Below, piece after piece: positions 22,899 through 36,478 of a stretch of DNA of 57,287 nucleotides. How positions within the stretch are numbered: position 1 is the first letter of the stretch; each line of letters opens with the position of its first letter. The translations under genes were made by a program, and so were the position numbers. A model generated the notes under the pieces. It made no database searches. It was not told the origin of the DNA and saw nothing but the letters and a program-made list of their open reading frames with translations. The stretch comes from Reclinomonas americana ATCC 50394 (Eukaryota): contig PS015025.1 in the NCBI GenBank assembly GCA_048213135.1, positions 30,582 to 87,868 of the forward strand, read 5' to 3'.

Positions 22899-25800
22899 AT
22901 GAGTCTCGCGCGTGACCTGGTGGACGACATATGCGCCGACTTGACGTTTCGCCTCGAGCAACACGATCGCGAGTTGTGCGTGTGACTCCACCGATACACT
23001 CGTCTCCCTCTTCCACTCTCACGTCTGTGTTCGCGCAGTTCATCGCGACACGCAGGCGGGCGCGATCGCTCTCGCTCACCACCACCTCCTCCTCCATCGT
23101 CGAGTCATCGCGCGCGTCATGCCTCATCGTCACCAAGTGTGTGAAACTCACTGTGCGCGCGCGCGTGTGTGTGTGTGTGTGTTTGCATCTCTCACTCTCG
23201 GTGCACCAATCATGCAGCGAGTCAACCGCGCAGTCTCGACGATGAGCTCTCGCGTCTGCAGTTTGCGTGCGTCTCTCTCCTCTCCCTCTCCTGCTCCTCT
23301 GTACGTGTGTGCTGACAAGAAAGCGACGAACAGCAGTGGCGCTGCAGGCAAGCACGTGCGGTTTCCGATGATGTCTGCCAGTGGCGGTGTGGCGAGCGAT
23401 GCACGCGGCGTCGGTGCCGTGTCGGCGTCGGCGCACCAGCACCCACGAATGCTTCGCGTGTTTGGAGAGGTGGCCGACAAGCTCGAGTTCATTCAGCGAC
23501 GCAAGCGCTTGCTGAGGGAGGAAATGGTGCATGGAGGCTTCGGCTGCGTTCCTGCTTGTTTCTCGTGTTCGCTCACTCTCGCTGCCTGCAACACAGGATG
23601 CTGAGCTGGCGCAGATTGGCGAGTTGCTGCAGCGGCACTACGATGACTCGGTGCAGCGATTGGATGCGTACATGGCATCGCTGCACGACAAGGCGCGAGA
23701 ACTCGAGCACGCGCTGCAGCAGGGCGCAAGCGAGGATCGTATCGGCGGCATTGGTGCGCCCTCCTCTCGCTCGTGTTGTGTGTGCGCGTGTGTTGCATTG
23801 GCTGATGGGTTGCGCAGAGCACACGTTCCGTGCGCTGGTCGCGCAGCCAGTGAGTGAGGTGGCGCCGCCGAAGGAGTTTCGCTTGCTGCAGTCGCTGGAG
23901 ACGCGTGAGAGGCATGCGGAGGCGTTGACGACAAAGAATGCGCTGCTGTCGGACGAACTGGAGCGCACACGACAACAGCTGCGCGGTCTGGAGGCCACAT
24001 CAGCTGATGCGCAGGTGGCCCGGGAGCGTGCGCTGGCCGAGCTGCGTGCATACCAGTCGTTTGTCGGGCTCGGGCAGGAGAGCACCACGAAGCTGCTGCG
24101 CGACAAGGCCGTGGCCGAGGCCGACCTGGAAGCCGTCCGTCTGCAATGCAATCAGTGGAAAGCACAGGCGGAGCAGCTGCAGCAGCGTTTGCAGGTGGCA
24201 CGCGATCAGTACGAAGGCGATGTTCATCGTGTGCGAGCCGACGCGTATGCCTACGCCGAGTCGATGCGGAACAAGCATGAGGTCGAGCTGGCGGAGGTGG
24301 CCACCACCGGCCTCAAGTCGCTCAATCGCTACAAGGCACACATGGAGACCATGCAGCGCGAAATCGAAGTGCTGCGAAAGCAGACGGCGACTGCCGGTTT
24401 GTCAGCGAAGCGTTGCGCCGAGTTGATCGTATCTCACTGGGAGGGGGTTTGTGTGGCATGCGCATCAGCATTCACGGAGGAGCGACTGGGCGAGGAGTAT
24501 CAGAAGATTTTGCGCGAGGTGCGCCTGCAGCATCAGCAGGAGATTGCGTCGCTGACGGCCAGGTGTGTTTTTCTAGGTTGGAGATACTTCTGTGCGATGA
24601 TCTCTCGGTGCTGACTGTGATGTCAGCCATCGCGACGAAATGGGTCGCATGGCCACAGACTGGGAGAAGCGGGTGGTATCCGCTCGCATCGCACAGGAGG
24701 AAGCCATGGAGAACGTACGTGACAACGTGCGTCGACAAGTGCGACTGGCCGAGGAGCGATTCTCGGGTGCGTCTGGCGGCCGCCCTTGCAGCTGCGCCTG
24801 CACGCGCGGTTCTCAATTGTTGTGGTGCAGAGTTGGCACGGCAGCACGAGTTGGAACTCAGGGAACGAGAGCAGCAAGTCGAAGGTGAGTTGAGCGGCCA
24901 TGTGCCCAAGTGCGCTGGCAACTGCGTTGGACCCACTCGCCACATGCGTAGATGCACGTGCCGAGGTACAACGGCTGCGTGCACACACCGCAGAGGTGCA
25001 GTCGGAGCTGCGAAATGAGTTTGAGTATGCGCTGTACAAGGAGCGCGCCAAGCTGCAGCAAACAGGCGGCGCTCAGTCGAGGCCACAGCGCAGTCCGTCA
25101 CCTCCGCCGTCGTTGGCGTCGCAGCCGCTGTCGTCTGCAGCAGCACGCTCATTGCGTCATTCAACATCACGCTCGCCCTCTCCGCCACCACCACCGCCCC
25201 GCTCAGCAGCGCTCTCTGCCCCGTCATACACAACCATGTCAAATTTTTCTGTGGTACGTGCGGTGCACACCAGAGCGAGAGATGTGTTGATAGCTGAATC
25301 GCATTCTCCACCGGTCAGCCGCGTGCACCGTCGCCGCCACCACTACTGCGGACCCTGCTCGCCGGTCACCAACCGTCGCCACCGAGTCCAGCTCGTGAGG
25401 CGCTGCAGACAGAATTGCGAGCCGTGCAGGCGCAACACGAGGCGGATCTGTTGCGCGTCAAGAGCGACTTTGAGCGCATCCTGCGCGAGGTGAGAACTTG
25501 CGTTGCACGGAAAATGCCGAGTGTCCCTCGCTCACTGCTGTGCAGCGTACCGAGGTGCTGACGGGCGATGCACAACGGGTGACCGAGGAGCGAACGGCCG
25601 AGTTTGAGCGACAGCGACGAACCCTCTACGACACTGTGCATCTACTGCAGGCGCAGTCAGAGATGCTGGAGAAGGAGAAGGAGCTCTTGAGTTGCGCGTA
25701 CCCATGGAGTATACCACGTGGCATGACTCTGTTCTGACACTGTGTGCGGGCAGGTATGCGGCTTCACCATCACACACCGGCGGCGCAGCGGTTTGGCGAG

Positions 25801-27575
25801 TTCAGCGCCATTTCCTCGATGACTGGCGGTATGGGTGGCGATCCGACGACGCTTGGTCACTCTGATCGGCGTGGGGGCGCGCACGATACCACGTCGACCA
25901 CGGGAGGCTCCTCGTCGTCGCTGCTCTCGTCTGCCTCCGAGTACGAGAGATTATCGCGCAGTGCGAACGCAGCGGGCGGTCGTCGCCTGCAGCCTGCCGA
26001 GGCTGCTGCCGATGATCCGCGTGACAGTCGCATGGTGTGTGTTTCCTTCCTTCCCTTTCTCCCTCTCTGTTCGTCCTTGGCCGACATGTTGTGGCAAGCA
26101 GCGTCTCTCATCCACAGACCCCATGCCTGCTCGGGAGCGGCAATTGCGACAGGAGGCCGCCGGTGGCCAAGGGTCGGGTGGCAATGATGCCGGTGCCGCA
26201 TCGCGCAGCTCGTCGACCGGCACTGGCTATCGATCCCCACCGTCACGGTCCGTCGCACGCGGTTGTTGTCGTGGCTGTGGGTGTGGTTGCTCATTGTTTG
26301 TTGCTTGTGGTCGCAGAGGTTCGTCGGCGGAGAACGATCGACAGTCGCGAGGAGCGACGAGTCCGGAAGAGTCGCCACGACGCGCTGCACCGAGACCCAT
26401 GCGCTCCCCACCAGAGCATGATCGCGTTGCTGAGCGGTGAACGGCGCACAATCACGTATTGCTCTTCCGTCACTGCATCTTACGTTTTTTCTGTGAGGCA
26501 GTGACAATGGTCGCTACGGCTCCCGAGCGTGGGAGTCATCCACGCTGTCGCAAGCCGAGGTGCGTGGATCTGGAAGTGGACAAAAAGAGACGAATGCTCA
26601 TTGCTTTATTGCAGATGGATCAAATGGTCGACATGCAGGGCAGCAGGAGACGCTCCGGTGACTCGGTCGCCGCGCTGGCAGAGGAGCGTGCGCGGTGAGT
26701 GCAAGTCGCCTGCCGATCGTTCGTGATGCGTGCAACTCACACGTGCCACACAAGAGAGGAAGAGTTTCTGCGGTCGCTCGAGTCCAACCAGTCGGGTCGG
26801 AGGAGTGTCGGCAGTGAAGGCGACGACGTGTCAGCGGCATCCGCTGTGTTGGCCGAGTATGCGGCCAGCAATGCGCGAGAGGCGCTGCAGTCGTCGTTCC
26901 AGTCGTGCGTTTTTTATGTGGCGAAATCGTCTCACCGCGAGTCTGCCTCTTTTTATCACTCATGTGCGCTTGCGTGTGTGTGTGCAGAGTATTGCCCCAA
27001 CGGCCGCTCGGTTCGACGCAACAGCAGTCGGCGAGCCAATGGGACTGGGAGAAGAGTTTGCGCGAGACTACAGAAACAACTGATCGTTGCGACCTTCTAT
27101 CTCCCGAAGCTCACGTGCAGGTGCAGTTGCTGACCGACTTCTCGTGATAGGCATTGTGCACCATCCGGGATCCTCGCTGTCGCGGCGAGTGGCCGACGCT
27201 CTGGCCGATCCCGCGACCCATTCTGTCTCACCCGGGGCACTTTTACCCGACGACTCACTGGCGGTGTCCTCGACCCTGTCGGCTGTCACCACCGACGATC
27301 GCGCAGCCGACGAGGCGATTGCGGCTGGCGCTGCGGCGGCGGCTCGTCGCGAGGCACAACAAGACGCAGCGCCACCACCAGAATCGGCAAGTGGTCGACG
27401 AACGGTGCGTCTATCGGTGTCTATGCCCCTGTCGCTCACTCACGTGCTCACTCACGCCTTCTGGCGACACGCGCAGCCCACATCTGGTCTGCAAAAACCG
27501 CTGACATACCTGGCGGCTCTGGATCGCTACATTAATAAGCATGCGTCGTCGAACGCACGGCAAGGGACGGCATGA
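22899..27575 (+). CDS. Large multi-exon coiled-coil protein of unknown function
   Basis: Successive E/Q/R/L-rich heptad exons (e.g. 23818-24395, 24629-24766, 25547-25690) separated by GT-AG introns, with Ser/Pro-rich linkers; TGA ends at 27575. Exon chain is approximate. Confidence 0.65.
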
Positions 27576-27582
27576 GACCGCA

Positions 27583-28520
27583 TCACAAACTTTCACCTAA
27601 TGGACCCTGTTGCTGTAGTTCTTGTTCTTGTTCTTGTCGTTGTCGTCGCCGCTGCTCTTCCGCCTCCCTCTCCCTCTTCTTCTCCACGTACAACTCGGTG
27701 TGTCGTCCAATGTGATCGGTCAGCTCGGCGCGGATCTCACTCGCTCGTCGACACGCCGGAAACGAGGTCAGCACATCGGCCGCCACTGCGTCCGTCTCCA
27801 GATACTGCAGTGCCACATACTCGGCCATGCCCATGCAATGGAAACCACAATCGTAGCCATTCTCCTGCTCCTCACAGTCGAGCCAGTGCAGACCGCCAGA
27901 CAAGTCGGCGTGCTCGGCAAACTTGCTCACGAGTCGCCGTGTCGGTGCTGCATTCATGCGACCCGCCGAATCCGCTGCGTACGCTCGCCGATTGCGACAG
28001 TCGATGAACAAGACACTCCTGCACATCGCAATCAGCGATCATCTCCTATCGATCTGCGCGCACACACATGCACACACACGCACCAGTGCGATCCACCAAC
28101 GCGAGTGACATCGGTGTTGTCGTTCACCGGAACCACTACCAGATCGCGTTTCTCCAGCTGCAGATCCCGACACAACGTCCGCAAGTCGTCGACTGTACGA
28201 TGTGTGTGTGAGAAAGAGAATGCAAGAGAGACAAGTCGATCGCATGACACACACTCGCCTGGTGCCATTGAGAACCAAAACGCCGCCGATGGCTCCAACA
28301 CCAATACTCGACTGTGCCCGTGCAACGTGCCCTCATGCGCCAACAATCTTTCGTGCATTTCTCAGACAGAGAGGCAGAGACAGTGATTGTCGTGGGGAAA
28401 CGCACGCAACACAAAGAAGAGCGTCACGAGGTTATCGCTGGCCCATTGCGGAGGTCGAAGTCGATCCAGATCCTCCGGGAAGATCGTGGCCTCTTCAAAG
28501 CTGAACAACTTGGTGTTCAT
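27583..28520 (-). CDS. SENP8: Ulp1/C48-family cysteine protease, SENP8/DEN1 (NEDD8-specific)-like
   Basis: LFSFEEATIFPEDLDRLRPPQWASDNLV, VVPVNDNTDVTRVGGSHWSVL, YAADS and QENGYDCG: catalytic His/Asp/Gln/Cys in a short single-domain protein. Confidence 0.82.
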
Positions 28521-28585
28521 CTCCCTCACAATCGAAGAGTGAGAGACAGCTTCGCAGGACGCGTGAGGACTTTTGTTGTTTGTGA

Positions 28586-31209
28586 ATGGCCGCGGAGAGC
28601 AGAAAAGCAGACGTGGTGGTGGTGCTCGCTGGTCTCCCCGACGACGACGACGACGAGGCAGCAGCAAGCGACGAGGCGGTGCGCGTGCAAAGAAGCAAAA
28701 GTGGCCATTTCCGGCCTCACACACTCACACACTCACACCCTTGTGTTGCACAGGAGTTCGTCTTTGGTGTTGCAGTTCCTCCTGCTGCTCCTGCTCCTGC
28801 TCCTCCTGCGCCTGCTCGACCTGCATCATCATCATCATGGTCATCTGTGGCCAATGCGCACACTCCACCTGTGCCTGTGTCACTGCGAGGACGACCAGTG
28901 GCCTTCGCCGAGCATGTCAACACACACAGTGCGTCGGCAGTGGTCGCCGACTCCACTGCTCGTCGTCGCAAGCCACTGCTGTGTGCGTCCTTCTCTCTCT
29001 TTCTCAATCGCGCATTACACAAGCAGAGAGAGACTGACTTCTCCGTTGTTTGACACAGCTTCACTGAGTGAGATTGTGTTGAATGAGTTGCCATTCACCC
29101 CGGCTTGTGGCATGCGCAACGTCGGCAACTCGTGCTTCATGAATGCGCTCATGCAAGCAGTCATTCGCATTCCGTTGTTGCAGCGCGTGTTGCATGCCTT
29201 GCAGCGCTTCTCGTTCCCAGTGGAGGCGCCCGTGTGGCAGTCGCTGTTGCGTCTCTCTCTGTCTCTGTCTCTGTCTCCTTCCCTCCGTCCTTGTCTGATT
29301 GGGAGAGCAGGATCGACATGTACAGCGAGCTGGCCTCGTTTCCGCGCGTGGCTGGCACGCATGTGTTGACTGTGGCGCCGTTCTATACGGCATTGCAGGC
29401 GTCGTCGGGCTTTACCTTTGTGCGAGTGCGTACGAGCGTCGGCTTTCCTGGCGTGTGTGATGGGCTCATGCGCTTTATTGTCGGTGCAGGGCGAGCAGGA
29501 GGATGTACATGAGCTGTGGTGTGCGCTGGCCGATGCGCTGCATCGGGAGTGGGTGGCCATTGAGAAGCACATTGATCAGCAGCAGGCGTCGTCGTCGTCG
29601 TCGTCGTCTTCCAATGTTGCGCCTTCATGCAGTGTCATTCTTCTCTCTCTCTCTCTCTCCAAGAAATAACCACTCCCTTGATTGTTTTCCGGCAGACTGG
29701 CGGTCGTGCACAGCAGAGTGCAGCGTACACATATGTCAAGTTGGCTGCCGATCTGGCTGGCGATGTGCCGCTGGTGGCCAGCTCCGGCTCCGACTCGTCG
29801 TGGGCGGAGGCTGGTGCCAGGAATCGTTCTGCAGGTGTGTATCACGCGCCTCAAGACTCGAGTCACACGCTCAATGTCGGTGCGCGCAGTGGTTCGTCAC
29901 AGCGCGATTCAGGAGTCCATCATCACGACGCTCTTTGGTGGTCGTCTGCGGCACGACGTACTGAGGAAACGCGAGAAAGCCACGGCCAATGTGGAACTGT
30001 TTCTGTGCTTGTCGGTGGATTTGCTGGTGCGTGTCTGCGCGATTGCCCACGATCGATCACAGGCCAGGAACATAACGAGATTGTGTGTGTGTCGTGCGCG
30101 CACAGGACGCACCGCACGCCTCGCTGTCATCGCTCATCGGAGCCTTTTGTTCGCGCGAACGACTCGAGGGCAAGGTCGAGCAGTCGTCGTCCTCGTCGTC
30201 GTCGTCGCCGTCCTCAGCCGCCGCCGATGGTCCTCGGAAAAAGGCACGCTGTTGTTATTCGTCGTCTTGCTCGCGATTGGGAATGAGGCACAAGCTCACT
30301 GCTTGCCATCAGGTGACTGCGTCGCAGTCGACAGTGTTGGATCGACTGCCGCCCGTGCTGGTGGTCCATCTCAAGCGATTCGCGTATTTCCTCGATCCGG
30401 CCACAAAGCGCATGATGGCTCGCAAAGTGTCGCTACCCGTGCGCTTTGACAATGAGGTACGGATCCGTCAGTGATGCCTTTCTCCCTACTCGTCAGCGAT
30501 GCTTACCTTGCGTGCACACACGCAGCTCATCATCGAGTCCGAGTGGCTCGTGCATCGCGGCACCACCAACACTGCGGCGCGCGAGTACGATCTGTTTGGC
30601 GTCGTGCACCATCTCGGCGCGCACTTGCATGCGGGCCACTACGCGTGCGACCTGAGGATCGCCATGCCGGGTCACCAGAGAGACGGCGCCTCCTCGCCGG
30701 CGTCGTCCACCGTCACCACCACAACGACGGCGAGCAGAGCGCCGGCACCGCCACCGTCTGTGACGCCGTCGTCGTTGCGTGTTGTGCCGACGCGAACCGT
30801 GGTTGGCGACGACGACTCGGACGACGAGGATGGTGCCGGTCGACGGCCTCGCCGGCGTCGGCGTCGCGGAAAGCGCGGCAAGCATGCCGACGGCGACGAC
30901 GGCGACGATGGAGAAGAGCCATCACCGCCAAAGAATCAAGCAAAGAAAAAGGCAGAGGCGGTCGAGCAGCCGCAGCGACGGGCTGCCGCCCCCACCGCTT
31001 CCACCACCCCCACTGCAGCCGCAGCAGCAGCAGCAGCAGCGCCGCCACCACCGGTGAGCGCCTCGGTGGAGCGACTCAAGTGGCGCCGCTTCAACGACGC
31101 CGATGTGATTGACGTGCCGGAGAGCGAGGTGTTTGGAGTGGACTCGCAGGCGGCGGCGTACATGTTTATCTTTGTGCGCCGCGATTGCCGCTCCCTGTTT
31201 CCAACATAA
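28586..31209 (+). CDS. Ubiquitin-specific protease (peptidase C19), possibly USP10/Ubp3-like
   Basis: Cys box GMRNVGNSCFMNALMQA, GEQEDVHE, ESIITTLFGG, LPPVLVVHLKRF, His box YDLFGVVHHLG...GHY, WRRFND, AYMFIF. Confidence 0.9.
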
Positions 31210-31268
31210 ACAGCACCACATAGACTTTATATTAAACATCATCAATCATGCAAAAAATGCAGCACTCG

Positions 31269-32404
31269 TCAGAACGAGGCCGCTGACCCGCACTGACTGT
31301 GCGGCGACTCACGACCTTGGTCGTCACCAATCCAATGCACTCGCCGTCTCCGCGGTGGCGACTGCCGAGCCACCACCGTCACAGGCGGCGAGCCTCCTCC
31401 ACCACTCTCCACCACCTCCACCGGCGGCGGGCTCAGCGAAGACCGATGCTGCGACAGCACCGACGTCACGCCGACCAGAGCCAGCGGCCGCGGCACACTG
31501 CTGCTGCGACTGTGCTCCTCCACAAAACACCCCGGATCGCTATTCGCCTGCGGTCTCCGCAGCTGCGGCAACATCTGCGGCCGATCGCGGTGCGCTTTGT
31601 TGTGCGCCGCGGACACTGGCGAGAACGCACCTGCAGNNNNNNNNNNNNNNNNNNNNCACACACACACAATTCAGAAAGCGCGCACATACACGCAAGGTAC
31701 ATGCGCGTTTTGTAGCGCACCGGCTTCGAGCACCGCAGCCTGTCGCAACAACGTGATTCCTCCCGTGCGAATGAGCGGACGTGTTCGAGCCGGCGAAATC
31801 GAAGTCGTCATCGATGTCGCCGTCGCCCCTGCTGCTGCTGCACCGTCATCGTACACCAAGCTCGGCTGCTTCACCAGCACCTCCGTCACTCGCCGCTCAT
31901 GCTCCGCCGCGCGCACCACCGAATGCCACACATGCGGCGAACCCCCCTGCTGACTCACCACCGCGTTTGTGGGCGACGTGGGCGAGGTCGGCGAGTGCCG
32001 CAACGCCTGCAGTGACACTGCGGTGGCGGTGGGGGACGCAGAAGTCGGCGACGAGCTCGATATCGCAGGCAGGTGCGGAAGTACATGGTAGTGGTGATGA
32101 TGATGGTGGTGGTGATGGTGGACGTGGTGGTGTTGGTGATGATGTGCGTCGAGGGCCACCAGTAGCACTGGTTGTCGCACAGTGACCTGTTGCGCTTGTG
32201 GGGGAGAGGGTAATGAGGGAGCGGGTGGAGCCGGCGGCGGCTGGNNNNNNNNNNNNNNNNNNNNNNNNNNNNNNNNNNNNNNNNNNNNNNNNNNNNNNNN
32301 NNNNNNNNNNNNNNNNNNNNNNNNNNNNNNNNNNNNNNNNNNNNNNNNNNNNNNTGGCGCTTTCCGGCAGCAGCCACCGCCGCCGTGAGCTCTGCACTCG
32401 TCAT
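31269..32404 (-). CDS. Low-complexity His/Ser/Pro-rich hypothetical protein
   Basis: Open minus frames with poly-His and an intron-like segment near 31630-31715; two small gaps. No family recognised. Confidence 0.3.
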
Positions 32405-32775
32405 GTGTCCTCTTCCTCCTCCACCTCCTCCACCACCAACACGCACGCACACGCAAAGACAGACAGAACGCATAGCAGAGGGCGTTGAGGTGTCCTGCAC
32501 GGTTGACTGGCGACGTTGACAGCAATTTAATTTTGCTCTTGCTCTTCTGGTATTCTCTTGCAGAGAACGAAGGGTTCGCCTTGCAGCTCATCCTTCCTTT
32601 GCCTCTCAGAGAGTGAGAGGTGCTTCTTCTTCTCCTTCGAATTCTTCGATTTTTCTTGTATACGCGTACACACATTACATTCGTACATGCGCGCGCCGCC
32701 ACACGCGCTCCATAAACAACTGCAGATGACGGCATTGCTGTCATCGCGTCTCTTTTTCTCTCGCCTCGTCTTTTT

Positions 32776-33928
32776 TCAAAACATTTCCGATTGCAACGTC
32801 CACTCGTCGACGACGTCGTCGTTGGCGAAGAAGAATTGTGATGGTGGCGGCGGTGGCACCGTGAATGCAGCAGGCGGAGGCGTCAGTGGATCGACAGAGA
32901 GCGAGGCGCTGTTGTGGAACACGGGCAGCGACGGTAGCGGGTAGAATGGTGGTGACATGGGCACCAGTTGTTGTGCGGAGGGTGTTGAGGGTTCGTGATC
33001 GTACACGAAGCCCGGCGAGAGCGACGATGATCCCCAGCCGTGCTGTAGTGCTGGGGAGCTGTCGCAGCTGGAGCTGACGCCAAAGCTGGCCGGGATGGCC
33101 TCACACGACGCGTAGGCATGATGGAGGGCGGCCGACACAGCTGGTGGCGGCGGTGGCGGCGGCGACGACGCCACGCCCGCGTAGCACGTGGTGGTGGTCG
33201 TCGTCACCACCGGCTTGGACTCCAGAGGGAAGAAGGGCGGCGTCATGGCCACCAGAGGCGCCACAGGGTACGCGTGTTGCCAGTACGGTGCAGGAGCAAC
33301 AACAGCAAAGGTTGTCGTCATCGGCGCTGGCGGTAGAACCATGGATGGAACAACTCCGGTGGACAGCTCAGCAGGCAGCACTAACCAATGCCTGCTGCAC
33401 CTCCACCGGCGAAGAACCAAACAGGGAACTGCCGCAAGACGCCCGATCGCGATCGAACCCCTGCAGCCGACTCCTGCTGCCAATGCCGCCGCCGCGCTTT
33501 CCCTGCCGCTTCTGGTGCACCAGTCGCATGCACTCGCCCTCGTCGCACATGATACGGAAACGCACATTGACGTTGGCAATCATGCGCGTGCGAAACGCGG
33601 CAAACTCAGCAGGCCCGAACCCCGGCACCTCCTGTTATCGAGAGAATCGTCAGCGATCAGAAGGAGGGAGGAAGAAGGGAGGGATGGAGTGCACACACAC
33701 CGATGCCAGGCGATTGCGCAGCACGCTGACGTTGATGCGGTGGCCGACGCCACCGGCCTCGCCTCTTGATTCGGTGAAGCGCGCAGTGAACCATGTGATT
33801 GCCGCGGCCACCTTTGCAGGGTCGGCAGGTGCGCCTGAGCGACTGCTGGCGCGGCGGCTGCGTTTGGGTGCCGGCTCTGCATCGGTCTCACTGTTGCTGC
33901 TGTCGTCGTCGACGTCGACGTCGTCCAT
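32776..33928 (-). CDS. Orphan protein with transcription-factor-like layout
   Basis: Acidic N-terminus, PKRSRR NLS-like motif, ~90-aa ordered basic segment, Pro/Ser/Tyr-rich region and acidic-aromatic end (FFFANDDVVDEWTLQSEMF). Intron near 33633-33700. Confidence 0.45.
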
Positions 33929-34388
33929 CTCACTGAAAAATCGCATCTTGCAGGCCATTTTCAAAGCAGTGGAAACACTTCTCTCCACACGAGATTTGAA
34001 AAAAATTGATCGGGGTTGAGGATCCGGCTGTCGGGACCACTTTTGCCGGGTCCGAATTCTAAAAATGGCTGGGATGTTTGTGGAAGGCCCTCGCGCTCGC
34101 GAATCGCTGTGCGGAAAATACATGCTCTTGCACGTGCGGTTTCGAGAGCTGCACATTCTAGTGGGTGTTCAAGGTGGTGGTCAACCTTTGACAGGAAAGA
34201 CAGGATGCGGACTTGTCAACGCAAGTTGATTCAAATTGATATTTTCAACAGTGGCTGTTTGAATTCCGCTCGTGCGCTATTAATGCGCGTTGGGCGTTGC
34301 GGTGTGGTCTGCGTCCGACAAGTCTCCTGGTCGTGGTGCTCCAGAATCTCGAAATTCGTCACCAACACTTATTTATTTATCGCGCTCG

Positions 34389-36399
<2,011 letters not shown>

Positions 36400-36478
36400 T
36401 GTGTGTGAGTAGAGTAGGTGTTTCCGTCCAATGGCGTTCTGTTCACTTTGGTTCAACTCGGCGCACGCACACACACCC

